From an uncultured Nitrospira sp. (GTDB lineage: Bacteria; Nitrospirota; Nitrospiria; SBBL01; JAADHI01), in assembly GCA_964451325.1 (NCBI GenBank), contig CAYVHO010000009.1, positions 28,876 to 92,875 of the forward strand: DNA of 64,000 bases. Direction: 5' to 3'. Each line of letters begins with the position of its first letter. Position 1 is the first letter of the stretch. The notes under the pieces were generated by a model. The model saw only the letters and a program-made list of their open reading frames with translations. It was not told the DNA's origin and made no database searches. Positions 1 through 10,061 of the stretch are shown here, in pieces. The position numbers and the translations under genes were made by a program.

Positions 1-2
1 TT

Positions 3-2105
3 TCGGGACACTCGACTTCTTTTTCTTTGATGTTGGGGGTGGTCTTAGGCGGGATCTCCTTGGGTGGTTTTACCGCCTCGGCCCTCTTAAAAAAACAACC
101 CCGTTTTGCAACACAAGGCGCGACGACTGCGTTTATTTTAAGCACACTTTGTATTTTGAGCTACGCACTTTTCCCCAATGTCATAAAGCCTTATACCCAA
201 GCCGTCATCACGCAGGTTGGGGGAATTTTAAATGTCGGTGTTCCACTCATGTTTCCTGTTTCTTTTATGTCAGGCATCTTTTTTACACTTATCGGTACCG
301 CAATGCGGACTCATCTTTCCAGCGAGACCGTGACCGCAGGCGCCTTGACGCTTGCCAATACCACGGGCGCAGCACTCGGCGCATTCAGCGGAGGGTTTTT
401 GTTGTTGCCTGCTTTTGGAGTCGAGCGTTCACTCTTTTTTATGGCGTCGCTTTACGGTTTAATCGGTTTATTGCTCATAAGTGGAAAGGCCAAGGTTTCA
501 CCTATTTCCTATGTGGGAGCGGCACTGGCTGCAGTGGGCATCCTCATCTTCCCCATGGGCGATATGGAGAAACATCACTTAAAGGTCCCCAGTCAACGGC
601 TGATTTCAAGCGACGGGGCTGGCATGATCAATGAGACGCGTGAGGGACTGATCGAAACCATTACTTATCTTGAGCAGCGCTGGCTGGATCAGCCTCTATT
701 TTATCGTCTGATTACCAATTCCTATTCCATGTCGAGTACGGATTTTCGCTCCCGGCGTTATATGAAACTTTTTGTCTATTGGCCTTTAGCCGTACACCCG
801 GATCCAAAAGACGCACTCTTGATTTCTTACGGGGTGGGCAGCACGGCAAAGGCTCTGACGGATGCAAAGGGTTTAGAAACGATTGATGTCGTTGATATCT
901 CGCGCGACATCTTAGAAATGAATGACAATGCCTATCCCGATCCCGAAACGCTCCCCTTAAATGACCCACGGGTCTCGGTTCATATTGAAGACGCCCGTTA
1001 TTTTTTACAGACGACGGATCAATATTTTGACCTCATTACGGCAGAGCCACCCCCACCCGAAGTCGCGGGTGTCGTCAATCTCTATACCCGCGAATATTTT
1101 CAATTGCTTTATGATCGCCTCAATGAGGGGGGCATTTCGACCTATTGGTTGCCACTTCATGCCATGGATGCCATGAGCATCAAAGGCATTTTGCGCGCCT
1201 TTTGTGACGTTTTTGAAGATTGTTCTCTCTGGCATGGACAGTGGCTGGATTTGATGATTGTCGGCACACGCAACGCAAAGGGCCCGGTCTCGGATGCCAC
1301 CTTTATGAAACAGTGGCAGGATCCCGTCGTTTCAAAAGAATTGATCGACGTAGGTTTAGAGCGCCCTGAACAACTCGGCGCACTGTTTATTGGGGACGCG
1401 GACTATCTCAATGAAATAACGAAGGGCGCACCGCCGCTTGTGGATAATTTTCCAAAACGGGTGCGGTCTTCTTCCGGGCCGCGCATGGGTTTAGTCAAAC
1501 TCATTGACCAGTGGATGGATGTCAACGCGGCCCAGGCCCGGTTTATGAAAAGCCCGCTCATTGCACGACTCTGGCCCGAACGTCTGCGGCAGGACTCTCT
1601 CGCCTATTTCGCCTTTCAGGATATTTTAAATCAGCATTGGTTTGGGCTTAGAGATCCAAAAATGCCCGTGATTGTGGATATTGATCGGGTCTTAAACAGC
1701 TCCTCGCTCAAAACCCTGCCGCTCTGGTTGATGGGCAGCAACGCCGATTTTCAACGCATTGTGAATGCAGCGAGCCCTGAAGAAAAAGAAGACCCCATGA
1801 TGCAAGTGCATCTGGCCCTGCGACAAATGGCCGACCGTGATTACGAAAGTGCCATTGTATCGTTTCAAAAAGCCGAGGCCGACCCCCGCCTAAAGGGAGA
1901 TGCGTTCAGTTATATTGTTTACGCACTTTCCAGTCTTGGACGCCGGGCCGAAGCCGAGGCCCTGGTCAAAAAAGAGATGGGTGATTTTTTAAAAAATCAG
2001 CAGGGAAAAAAGACAGAACGCCCACCGCTTTCCCCCTTTTGGGCCTGGATGAAAGACGTCCGTGGCATTGATCCCTTTGATGACAGGGTGAAACCAAAAC
2101 CATGA
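3..2105 (+). CDS. Membrane-fused spermidine synthase-like (class I SAM-dependent) protein, 5' truncated by the window edge
   Basis: Frame is open back to position 3. Several TM helices (NTTGAALGAFSGGFLLLP), then a SAM-binding fold (SYGVGSTAKAL, VVDIS, EDARYFL, DLITAEPPPP, LYTREYF) and a helical TPR-like C-terminus. Confidence 0.8.
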   Translation, partial: SGHSTSFSLMLGVVLGGISLGGFTASALLKKQPRFATQGATTAFILSTLCILSYALFPNVIKPYTQAVITQVGGILNVGVPLMFPVSFMSGIFFTLIGTAMRTHLSSETVTAGALTLANTTGAALGAFSGGFLLLPAFGVERSLFFMASLYGLIGLLLISGKAKVSPISYVGAALAAVGILIFPMGDMEKHHLKVPSQRLISSDGAGMINETREGLIETITYLEQRWLDQPLFYRLITNSYSMSSTDFRSRRYMKLFVYWPLAVHPDPKDALLISYGVGSTAKALTDAKGLETIDVVDISRDILEMNDNAYPDPETLPLNDPRVSVHIEDARYFLQTTDQYFDLITAEPPPPEVAGVVNLYTREYFQLLYDRLNEGGISTYWLPLHAMDAMSIKGILRAFCDVFEDCSLWHGQWLDLMIVGTRNAKGPVSDATFMKQWQDPVVSKELIDVGLERPEQLGALFIGDADYLNEITKGAPPLVDNFPKRVRSSSGPRMGLVKLIDQWMDVNAAQARFMKSPLIARLWPERLRQDSLAYFAFQDILNQHWFGLRDPKMPVIVDIDRVLNSSSLKTLPLWLMGSNADFQRIVNAASPEEKEDPMMQVHLALRQMADRDYESAIVSFQKAEADPRLKGDAFSYIVYALSSLGRRAEAEALVKKEMGDFLKNQQGKKTERPPLSPFWAWMKDVRGIDPFDDRVKPKP

Positions 2106-2401
2106 TTTACATCGAAAAATCGACAACAGGCCGTAATTTTGTCCTTGGTTTTCTTTTGTTGGCGATTTTTGTTTTTGTTTTGCATTTGCGGGCAATGAAA
2201 GCGGGGGGAGGCACAGGGGAAAGTGGTGTTTGGTTTGCTCTGTTTACTTTGCCCTGGGGCGGCATGCTTTCGGAATCTTTTTTAAAGTCTGGTTTTTGGA
2301 CCCGTTTTTCTTATTTGATTTCCTGGAGCATGATTTTTTTCAATGCCGTGTTGCTCTATCTTATCTCAGGCGGCTTGCGCATTAGAAAAACGGGGTCTTG
2401 A
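2102..2401 (+). CDS. Small hypothetical membrane protein (about 3 TM)
   Basis: 99-aa hydrophobic ORF overlapping both neighbours by 4 bp, consistent with translational coupling. Confidence 0.65.
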   Translation: MIYIEKSTTGRNFVLGFLLLAIFVFVLHLRAMKAGGGTGESGVWFALFTLPWGGMLSESFLKSGFWTRFSYLISWSMIFFNAVLLYLISGGLRIRKTGS

Positions 2402-4131
2402 TGCGAAGCCCTTTTTCCGTTTCCCTGATGATTCTTGTTGTTGATCTGCTTATTGCAAACCCTCTTTTTGCAAGAATCATCACGGTTCCGACAGATGTGA
2501 GTTCCATTCAGGCTGCGATTGATCAGGCCGTGTCAGGTGACACCGTCCAGGTAAGGCCGAGGGCCGAAGTCTACGAAGAAACCCTTATCTTAAAAGAAGG
2601 GGTCATTCTTGAGGGGCTTGAAACCGCTAGAACGATTATTGATGGAAAGGGAGCAAATACCGTTATTACGGTCAGTGGCAACAATACGACGATTCGGAAT
2701 TTGACGATTACAGGGGGGCTCAGTGGGATTTCTGCAAGCAATATTTCAGGGCTCACCCTTTCCAACAACATTATTGTTGAGAATACAACAGGCTTTACTT
2801 GCCTGAATGCTAGTTTTAGCCTCACCCAAAATACCATAGCCAATAACAAGGCCGAGGGGATTTCCTGTGCCAATAATCAAGGGGTTTCCATCACCATCAG
2901 CAATAATCTCATCACGAATAATGGCACAGGGATCAATTTGGGGAACATCGCCTCGGTGACCCTGAGCAATAATGGTTTTTATGGCAATGGCGGAAATGGA
3001 GCAGAAGGCTTATCTCCAGTCAAGGCCGGAGACCCGCTTTTTGTGGCCCCCCTTAAAAATGATTACCACTTCAAAAGTACCTCCCCCAGTCCCTATCGCG
3101 GCAGTAATTTGTCAGACCCCGAAGACGACTTGGGAGCCTATGGTGGCACGGAGGCCGATGCGACCCCCTTCCAAATCCTGAGTTTGAGCGCAGTGGCTTC
3201 AGGGTCGGACAGCATTGATCTGAGCTTTTCTGCCAATGAAGCCTATAACGTTGCGGGTTACAGAATTTATGTGGATAAAAACAAAGGCATTCATGAAAAC
3301 CCGGATGTGAGAGACACAACAATCTGTGTGAATAATCAATGTACCTTTACAATCACGGCATTGGATACGAGCCTGACGCAACCTGCGGCCCCGATGCTTC
3401 AACCTGCGATTACGGGAGATCAAAAACTATTTCTGGATTGGGTTCCCCCAACGGATCAGAGCACTGTTTCGACTTATAAAGTGTATTGGGGGACCGCTTC
3501 AGGGAACTATTCTGAGCCCGATTCGCCGATAGATATCGGGAATATCACATCATATTCCTTGCTGAATCTTGTGAATGGCACGCGCTATTTTGTCGCGGTA
3601 GCAGCACTTGCACAGCCGCGTTTTTATATCTCTATGACCGCCATTGATGGGGCTTCGCCGATCAACGAAAGTGGGTTTTTTGAGGATAAAGAAGTCATCT
3701 TCACAACAGCGGCCGCCCTTGAAAGCCCCTTGTCGAACGAAGTCCAGGAATTTCCAGAGGCCGTCATTGGTTTTCCTGACCTGCCCGACGAAGGGGGTTG
3801 TTTTATCGCCACAGTCGCTTATGGTTCACATTTGCAGCCGCATGTCCAAATTCTCAGGACCTTTCGAGATGACTACCTGCTTAAAAATACACTGGGAAGA
3901 CGTTTTGTCTCTTTTTATTACCACTACGGCCCCTCATGGGCGAACTTCATTGCGCAGCACGAATTTCTTAAATCCCTTGTCCGACTATTGCTTTTGCCGC
4001 TTGTTGGGCTGTCCTATTTTTTGCTCACGACCACAATGATTCAAAAAGTCGTTTTTTTGCTGGTTTTGTTTCTCTTTCTTGTTTTACTCGTGAAGCGCAG
4101 AACAAATCGTCAAAGCAGGTTTTTATTTTGA
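2398..4131 (+). CDS. Secreted beta-helix / fibronectin type III protein with C-terminal CFI-box-CTERM domain
   Basis: Signal peptide, IQAAID start of a right-handed beta-helix, Asn-rich repeats, FN3 motifs ([18 protein letters not shown]), then [12 protein letters not shown]...LRTFRD...GRRFVSFYY, a TM helix and a basic tail. Confidence 0.8.
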   Translation: MMRSPFSVSLMILVVDLLIANPLFARIITVPTDVSSIQAAIDQAVSGDTVQVRPRAEVYEETLILKEGVILEGLETARTIIDGKGANTVITVSGNNTTIRNLTITGGLSGISASNISGLTLSNNIIVENTTGFTCLNASFSLTQNTIANNKAEGISCANNQGVSITISNNLITNNGTGINLGNIASVTLSNNGFYGNGGNGAEGLSPVKAGDPLFVAPLKNDYHFKSTSPSPYRGSNLSDPEDDLGAYGGTEADATPFQILSLSAVASGSDSIDLSFSANEAYNVAGYRIYVDKNKGIHENPDVRDTTICVNNQCTFTITALDTSLTQPAAPMLQPAITGDQKLFLDWVPPTDQSTVSTYKVYWGTASGNYSEPDSPIDIGNITSYSLLNLVNGTRYFVAVAALAQPRFYISMTAIDGASPINESGFFEDKEVIFTTAAALESPLSNEVQEFPEAVIGFPDLPDEGGCFIATVAYGSHLQPHVQILRTFRDDYLLKNTLGRRFVSFYYHYGPSWANFIAQHEFLKSLVRLLLLPLVGLSYFLLTTTMIQKVVFLLVLFLFLVLLVKRRTNRQSRFLF

Positions 4132-4775
4132 AGATATCCAGGGCCATTTTTTTGGCCACTCTGCTCTCATTTCTGCTCTCTCTTCTTTGGCGACCTTCTG
4201 TAGAAGCGGCGGATGCACGGTGGGTGATTGCAATCAAAGGCGGTTTGTTTGCACCCAGCCTTGCAAATTGGCAGCGTCAGTATGACAATTCACAAGACAC
4301 GGCACTTGCTTTGGAACTTGGATTTAAAGTGACGCCTCGTCTGGAAATTGGTTTAGAGGGCGCATCTTTTTCCGCTGAGGGAAAGGCTGTTACGACTTCA
4401 GGCAGAGTCAGTGGGGTCAATCAAAATTTTAAACTCTTTCCTGTTCAGGCTTATCTTGTGTATCGCTTTATTTTTTATAAAGATCAAGCCTTTGTTCCTT
4501 ATTTAGGGGGAGGTTACAGCCGCTTTAGCTATCAAGGCGAGGTGGAAGGAGGGGAAAAGGTCAGTGGCGCACAAGAAGGGAGCCATTTTCGTGGGGGTCT
4601 TTCGCTGCTTTTGGATGCCTTAGACCCGCGTACTGCAACAAACGCTGAAGATTGGGGGCTGATCAATAGTTATCTCTTTCTTGAGACGCAATATGCCGAG
4701 GTAGACGATTTTGGGGATTCCGCGATTGATCTGGGGGGATGGAGCTACTTCACGGGTCTGCGCTATGAATTTTAG
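4128..4775 (+). CDS. Outer-membrane beta-barrel protein (MXAN_2562-like)
   Basis: Signal peptide, amphipathic strands, [27 protein letters not shown], terminal GLRYEF (BAM-type aromatic end). Confidence 0.7.
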   Translation: MKISRAIFLATLLSFLLSLLWRPSVEAADARWVIAIKGGLFAPSLANWQRQYDNSQDTALALELGFKVTPRLEIGLEGASFSAEGKAVTTSGRVSGVNQNFKLFPVQAYLVYRFIFYKDQAFVPYLGGGYSRFSYQGEVEGGEKVSGAQEGSHFRGGLSLLLDALDPRTATNAEDWGLINSYLFLETQYAEVDDFGDSAIDLGGWSYFTGLRYEF

Positions 4776-4779
4776 GCTT

Positions 4780-6531
4780 TTATTGAGGGCATGTCTTGGC
4801 CTTATTTGAAAAAAAATCCATAATCGTTTCCACGATTTTATCCATCGCAATCATCTGTTTTTCGCCTGTTTTGCGGTCTTTGAGTTCTACGCTATTTGTT
4901 GCAAGGTTGCGTTCACTCACGACCACTTGAAAGGGCATACCCAAGAGGTCGGCATCATTAAACTTAACCCCTGCTCTTTCCTTTCTATCCTCAAAAAGCA
5001 CCGATAGGCCCTGGGTTTCAAAGGCCTCCGCAAGTTTTAAGGCCGCATCCATCACCGGTGCTTTTTTCTCTTGCATGGGGATAATTTCAAGATCAAAGGG
5101 GGCGATTTGTTGGGGCCAGACGATGCCGCGTTCATCGTGGTTTTGTTCGATGGCCGCAGCGACGATCCGAGAAACACCGATGCCATAACATCCCATGACA
5201 AAGTGCTGTTTTTTGCCATTTTTATCCAAAAAAGTGGCATCCATCGTTTCGCTGTATTTAGTGCCCAACATAAAAACATGGCCGACTTCGATCCCTCGGT
5301 CGATGGCAAGTTGGCCTTCACATCGCGGACAGGAGTCCCCAGCGACGGCATTTCTGAGGTCGGCATAACGGTCTATCTCAAAATCACGTCCTGCGACGGC
5401 GTGTTTAAAGTGAGTGTCTTTTTTATTTGCGCCGATGATGCATTCGCTTAAAAGTTTTATCGAGAAATCGGCAATAATTTCGAGCCCTTCAAGCCCGACC
5501 GGGCCGGAAAAACCAGAGGGGCCGCCAGTTACGGCCTCGACGGTTTTATGGTCTGCGAGATTGAGTGTCTCTGCACCCAACAGTTTTTGTAATTTGATTT
5601 CGTTTATTTCGTGATGCCCTGCAACAAGCACAGCGACAGGTAAGTCATTGGCGACAAAGAGTAGGGTTTTAACAAGCTGCTTAGGCTGAACCTTTAAAAA
5701 GGCGCAGACGTCTTCGACCGATTTTTGTCCGGGGGTGTCGAGGGCTTCTATTTTATTTAAAGCCAGTGCTTGATCTAAGGTTTCTGGTTTTTCAAGCCTT
5801 GTTTCTGCACGATCGGGCAATTCAGCCCGTTCGACATTTGCGGCATAATCGCATTTCTGACAGGAGGCGATGGCATCTTCTCCGGTTTGTGCGAGTACCA
5901 TAAATTCGTGGGAGGATGAGCCCCCGATCTGACCCGTATCGGCCTCGACTGCACGAAAATGCAATCCGATGCGTCGGAAGATATTGTGATAAGTGTCGTA
6001 CATCGTTTGATAGGTCTTCTCGGCTGCTTCAGGATCGGCATCAAAACTATAGGCATCTTTCATCAAAAATTCCCGTCCACGCATGAGCCCAAAACGCGGA
6101 CGGATTTCATCCCGAAACTTGGTTTGAATCTGAAAAAAATTAAGTGGCAATTGTTTGTAGGAGCGGACTTCACGTCGCACAAGATCGGTGATAATTTCTT
6201 CGTGGGTCGGGCCGAGACAAAAATCACGGTTGTGTCGATCTTGAAGCCGCATCAACTCTCGCCCGTATTTGTCCCAGCGTCCGGTCTCCTGCCACAGTTC
6301 AGCAGGTTGTAAAGCAGGCAATAAGACTTCCTGGGCTCCCGCTTTTTCCATCTCTTCTCTCACAATTTTTTCGACCTTTGAGAGCACACGACGTCCAAGG
6401 GGCAGCAGGGAATAGATACCCGCTGCGACCTTTCGCATCAGACCTGCACGTAGCATGAGTTTGTGGCTGATGGTCTCCGCATCCGAAGGGTCATCACGCA
6501 GCGTGGGAATCAGTAATTTAGAATAGTGCAT
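4780..6531 (-). CDS. proS: Proline--tRNA ligase
   Basis: SHKLMLRAG, LGPTHEE, KFRDEIRPRFGLMRGREFLMKDAYSF, GIEVGHVF, MGCYGIG. Start moved to ATG 6531 after AAGGAG. Confidence 0.98.
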   Translation of the reverse strand: MHYSKLLIPTLRDDPSDAETISHKLMLRAGLMRKVAAGIYSLLPLGRRVLSKVEKIVREEMEKAGAQEVLLPALQPAELWQETGRWDKYGRELMRLQDRHNRDFCLGPTHEEIITDLVRREVRSYKQLPLNFFQIQTKFRDEIRPRFGLMRGREFLMKDAYSFDADPEAAEKTYQTMYDTYHNIFRRIGLHFRAVEADTGQIGGSSSHEFMVLAQTGEDAIASCQKCDYAANVERAELPDRAETRLEKPETLDQALALNKIEALDTPGQKSVEDVCAFLKVQPKQLVKTLLFVANDLPVAVLVAGHHEINEIKLQKLLGAETLNLADHKTVEAVTGGPSGFSGPVGLEGLEIIADFSIKLLSECIIGANKKDTHFKHAVAGRDFEIDRYADLRNAVAGDSCPRCEGQLAIDRGIEVGHVFMLGTKYSETMDATFLDKNGKKQHFVMGCYGIGVSRIVAAAIEQNHDERGIVWPQQIAPFDLEIIPMQEKKAPVMDAALKLAEAFETQGLSVLFEDRKERAGVKFNDADLLGMPFQVVVSERNLATNSVELKDRKTGEKQMIAMDKIVETIMDFFSNKAKTCPQ

Positions 6532-6905
6532 GGTCGTTTTCTCCTTTATTGAGGTCGGACATACTACATCAGTTTCATGTGAAATCAAAGCGAGCGCAGG
6601 AATTTTTCCAATACCTCAAAGCACTTCAAGCGCAATCAGAAATGCCTTAATCACACCGACCCCCCTCTTTTGGGGGGATTGACGCGCTAAAAAGACTATG
6701 TTAAAAACCGCGCAATCAACACATTTCTTTTTTATATTTTAGACGGTGCGCTCATATCAGGTCGCCGCCATTGGGATCGCTTCGCTAATGCAATATTTAG
6801 CCTTGATCCCGATTTTTGTAAGATCCCTTTTCTGTATGTAGAGAAGGTTTGTTCTAGTCAGGAACCCACCAGGTTCCCCCAACAATCAAAGAAAGGACAC
6901 CCAGG

Positions 6906-9638
6906 GTGAAAATTAAACATCTGACATGCATGAGTGTAATGTTTGTGGTCTTGATTGCAATAGCAGGATGCAATAATGGTGGTGGTGGCAGTCCTCCGCT
7001 TGTAAGAGGAACTGTTTCAGGCAAGGTTGTCTCGACAGCGACGGGCGAAGGCATTCCTGGTGCAAGTATTCGCGCAGGAGATGCAAGTACGATTTCGGCT
7101 ATGGATGGCACCTATACCTTGACACCGCTTGTGGCTGAACGTGTTGTGATTCATATTGATGCAGCGGGTTTTGCCGAAACCTTTCAAGTGACCCGTGTCA
7201 TGACCGAAGAAACCGCATTTCTTGATGTGAAACTGCTTTTGATTGGGGTCTCAGAAGTTGTGGATGTTGCTTCGGGTGGCACGGTAACCATCCCCAATTC
7301 GAGTGGACAAATCAGTATTCCAGCGGGCGGCCTTGTTCCAATGGGGGGCGGTGCTGCCTCCGCCAACGTGAATGTGGCGCTCACGGCCATCAATCCGGCC
7401 ATTGATCCGGATGTCATGCCGGGAGACTTTACGGCCATACTTGCAGGCGATAGCGTCCCGGTTGCGATTGAAAGTTTTGGTGCCTTACGTGTGGATGTGC
7501 GAGACGATAACGGGGAACGATACACCCTGGTCGCAGAACAAAGTGCGAGCATTCGCATCCCCGTCGGGACACTGTCAGATTCGCCACCCGCGACCATTCC
7601 TTTATTGATCTTTAACGAAACCACGGGTCTTTGGGTTGAAGAAGGCGTCGCGACGCTCGCAGGAAGCGCGCCCGATCAATTTTACGTGGGCACCATTCAG
7701 CGTTTTGGGGCCTGGAATGCCGACAGACCCCTGGACACAATCTTTGTCTCAGGCTGTGTCCGAGATACTGCGAATCAGATTGTTTCGAACGTGAGGGTCA
7801 GCACAAAGGGCATCAACTATTCCGGTACGGCTTCTGATTTCACAAATGCCGAGGGCAACTTCCGCGTGGCGATGCGTCGTGTTGGCTTGGCGACGCTCAG
7901 TGTGACTTTTTTAGATGTGGACGGAAAGCTTGTCACCACGTCCATCAATGTGGGTCCTTTTGCGGAGAATGTTACGCTGGAAGACTGTATTGTGACAGAA
8001 CCTGTGCCCCTTCAGATCACTGCACGGTCACTGCCAGGGGCAGGTGTGGACAGGGCCTACAGCGCAACATTTACGGCCACAAATGGCACCCCGCCCTATG
8101 ACTGGCAAGTTATTTCCGGAAACTTGCCGCCAGGCCTCACGCTCAACAGTGCAACAGGTCTGATCAGTGGCATACCAACCGAAGCGGGTTTCTTCACCGG
8201 CACCATTCAGGTGCAGGACAGCTCGGTACCCCCACAGTCGGCGGAAACAAGCTTCTTCATCTCCGTGACCGCAGCGCCAGCCTTTGAGATTGCCACACGG
8301 TCTCTTCCATCCGGCATCGTGGATACGGTCTATAATGCGAGTCTGATTGCATTGAATGGCACACTGCCCTACGACTGGAGTCTGCTCTCTGGAGATTTAC
8401 CCGCTGGTCTGACCCTCAGTACAAACGGTCAGATCAGCGGCACACCTACAGTAGCGGGGACTTTTAACCTTACGATTCAGGTGCAAGATAGTGCGACTCC
8501 TCCGCAGATGCTGGAGTCACCATTTACACTGATCATCTCATCTCCCAATACATCGGTATTGACCGTAACGATTAGCGGAAATGGAAGCGGGACAATCACC
8601 AGCGACCTGAATGGGTTCAGTTGTGGTTTCGGTTGTACGGAATACCCCACTGACACGGTTGTCACACTCACAGCCACAGCACTCGAAGGCTCCAAGTTTA
8701 CCGGATGGAGTGGAGACTGTACCGGGATTGGAAGCTGTATTGTCACGATGGATTCAAACAAGTCGGTCACGGCCAGTTTTACACCCGACCTTGGCCTGAA
8801 TGTCATACTCGCTGATCCGGCTTACACCGTGCTTGGGATGACCTCCCGTGTAAGCCTCGGAGTCCCAGGGAACCTGGGTGCAATTATGTTTTCCTCAGAC
8901 GCATCCACTCTCAATATCGTCGGTGCTTCCGAGGCCTCGAGTGCGGCACTTTATTCAGTTCCACTTACACGAGATACCAATAATCGAGTCAATACATTGG
9001 GGACTGGAAGTCTTGTTTTTAGCGCATCCGATATATCTGCGGGACTTTCGGTCAAACCGGGAACGGAAACCCTCTTCTTTACCCGATACTCAAATAACGT
9101 CCTGTCTCAGCGAGTTGGAGACACGATAACCGATTATCCCTTGGCCGGGTTGGGGATTCCTACTTCCGTTGGCGCAGCCATTTTTGCGCCATCAACGCTT
9201 CCAAATACAGGAGATCTCCTTCTCTCTACCTATTCCTCTGGTCAGGTTTTTACCGTTGCGCTGACTGATAATGGGAATGGCACCTTTACGCCCGATACGG
9301 CAACTCTTTTCGTCGATTTACCCAATGGTGCTGGCGGAGGGATCAGTTATATTCCCTCTGGGACTTATGAGGGAGATCTCATTTACGTGAATTGGAGTAA
9401 TGGAACAATCGACATCGTCGATATTGACCCGTCAACTGGTTTTCCGATTGACGCAGTCACAAACCAAGCCACCCTTGGAACAACAAACCCCAAGATTACA
9501 CCCTTTGCTTCGGGTCTTGGAAGAGGTCCTTGGGGGCTGACCTTTGATCCAATAAGCAACGATCTTTTTCTGACGACCTGGGGAGGAGCACCATCGAATA
9601 CCCTCATCCAGATTACGGGGTTTCCATCACTCCCTTAA
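6906..9638 (+). CDS. Large surface lipoprotein: carboxypeptidase-regulatory-like domains, two putative Ig (He_PIG) domains, InlB B-repeat-like domain, C-terminal propeller-like domain
   Basis: Lipobox IAIAG-C followed by NNGGGGS; two LP.GLTL...G.ISG.PT..G repeats; VTLTATALEGSKFTGWSGDCTG motif. Confidence 0.75.
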   Translation: MKIKHLTCMSVMFVVLIAIAGCNNGGGGSPPLVRGTVSGKVVSTATGEGIPGASIRAGDASTISAMDGTYTLTPLVAERVVIHIDAAGFAETFQVTRVMTEETAFLDVKLLLIGVSEVVDVASGGTVTIPNSSGQISIPAGGLVPMGGGAASANVNVALTAINPAIDPDVMPGDFTAILAGDSVPVAIESFGALRVDVRDDNGERYTLVAEQSASIRIPVGTLSDSPPATIPLLIFNETTGLWVEEGVATLAGSAPDQFYVGTIQRFGAWNADRPLDTIFVSGCVRDTANQIVSNVRVSTKGINYSGTASDFTNAEGNFRVAMRRVGLATLSVTFLDVDGKLVTTSINVGPFAENVTLEDCIVTEPVPLQITARSLPGAGVDRAYSATFTATNGTPPYDWQVISGNLPPGLTLNSATGLISGIPTEAGFFTGTIQVQDSSVPPQSAETSFFISVTAAPAFEIATRSLPSGIVDTVYNASLIALNGTLPYDWSLLSGDLPAGLTLSTNGQISGTPTVAGTFNLTIQVQDSATPPQMLESPFTLIISSPNTSVLTVTISGNGSGTITSDLNGFSCGFGCTEYPTDTVVTLTATALEGSKFTGWSGDCTGIGSCIVTMDSNKSVTASFTPDLGLNVILADPAYTVLGMTSRVSLGVPGNLGAIMFSSDASTLNIVGASEASSAALYSVPLTRDTNNRVNTLGTGSLVFSASDISAGLSVKPGTETLFFTRYSNNVLSQRVGDTITDYPLAGLGIPTSVGAAIFAPSTLPNTGDLLLSTYSSGQVFTVALTDNGNGTFTPDTATLFVDLPNGAGGGISYIPSGTYEGDLIYVNWSNGTIDIVDIDPSTGFPIDAVTNQATLGTTNPKITPFASGLGRGPWGLTFDPISNDLFLTTWGGAPSNTLIQITGFPSLP
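8007..8537 (+). repeat. Intragenic tandem duplication of two ~87-aa putative Ig domains (boundaries approximate)
   Basis: NGTPPYDW..SG.LP.GLTL..G.ISG.PT.AG.F..TIQVQDS..PPQ occurs twice, with DNA-level similarity (e.g. ATTCAGGTGCA.GA). Confidence 0.75.
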
Positions 9639-9776
9639 AGTTCTCTTCAAATGTTGCTGTTTGGAGCGATTTTTATAGTCAGATGAGTTCTCTATCACCC
9701 CCGTGCAGGTGAGCGGTCTGCAGTGAGGGTCTAAAGAAATAAGGAAGGCGTTTCCGAGGGAGAAGCGCCTAACATT

Positions 9777-9814
9777 AAGAAGGGCTTGGTTCAAAAGACC
9801 CAAGTCCTTCTTTT
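9777..9814 (+). terminator. Probable intrinsic terminator downstream of the lipoprotein gene
   Basis: AAGAAGGGCTTGG-N10-CCAAGTCCTTCTT stem running into TTTT. Confidence 0.6.
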
Positions 9815-9854
9815 CGCTTTCCCCTTGAATACAGATCAAGCAAATCATTTATGA

Positions 9855-10061
9855 AATGCGGTCAATGGCAATTATGACCTGAATGTCGGTGAGGTCATCA
9901 GTGAAGCCTGGGCCAAAACCAAGGGGGCAAAATCATCCCTGCTGCTCGCCTTCGTTTTATATGGTTCTATTTTAATGTCGTTCTTGGCTTTTTATTTACC
10001 GCAAGCCTATTTAAGGCTGAAGCGCAGCAAGTGGCGCGATTTGATGAGGCGCATTCCTTAA
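9855..10061 (+). pseudogene. Start-less remnant of a membrane-protein gene
   Basis: Frame reads NAVNGNYDLNVGEVISEAWAKTKGAKSSLLLAFVLYGSILMSF..., is preceded by in-frame TGA 9852-9854 and ends at the 3' end of the yjjJ-like gene. Confidence 0.5.

Noticed and set aside
6655-6880. Hairpins upstream of the large lipoprotein as a riboswitch (e.g. c-di-GMP)
   Set aside because: No recognisable aptamer consensus; short stems only.
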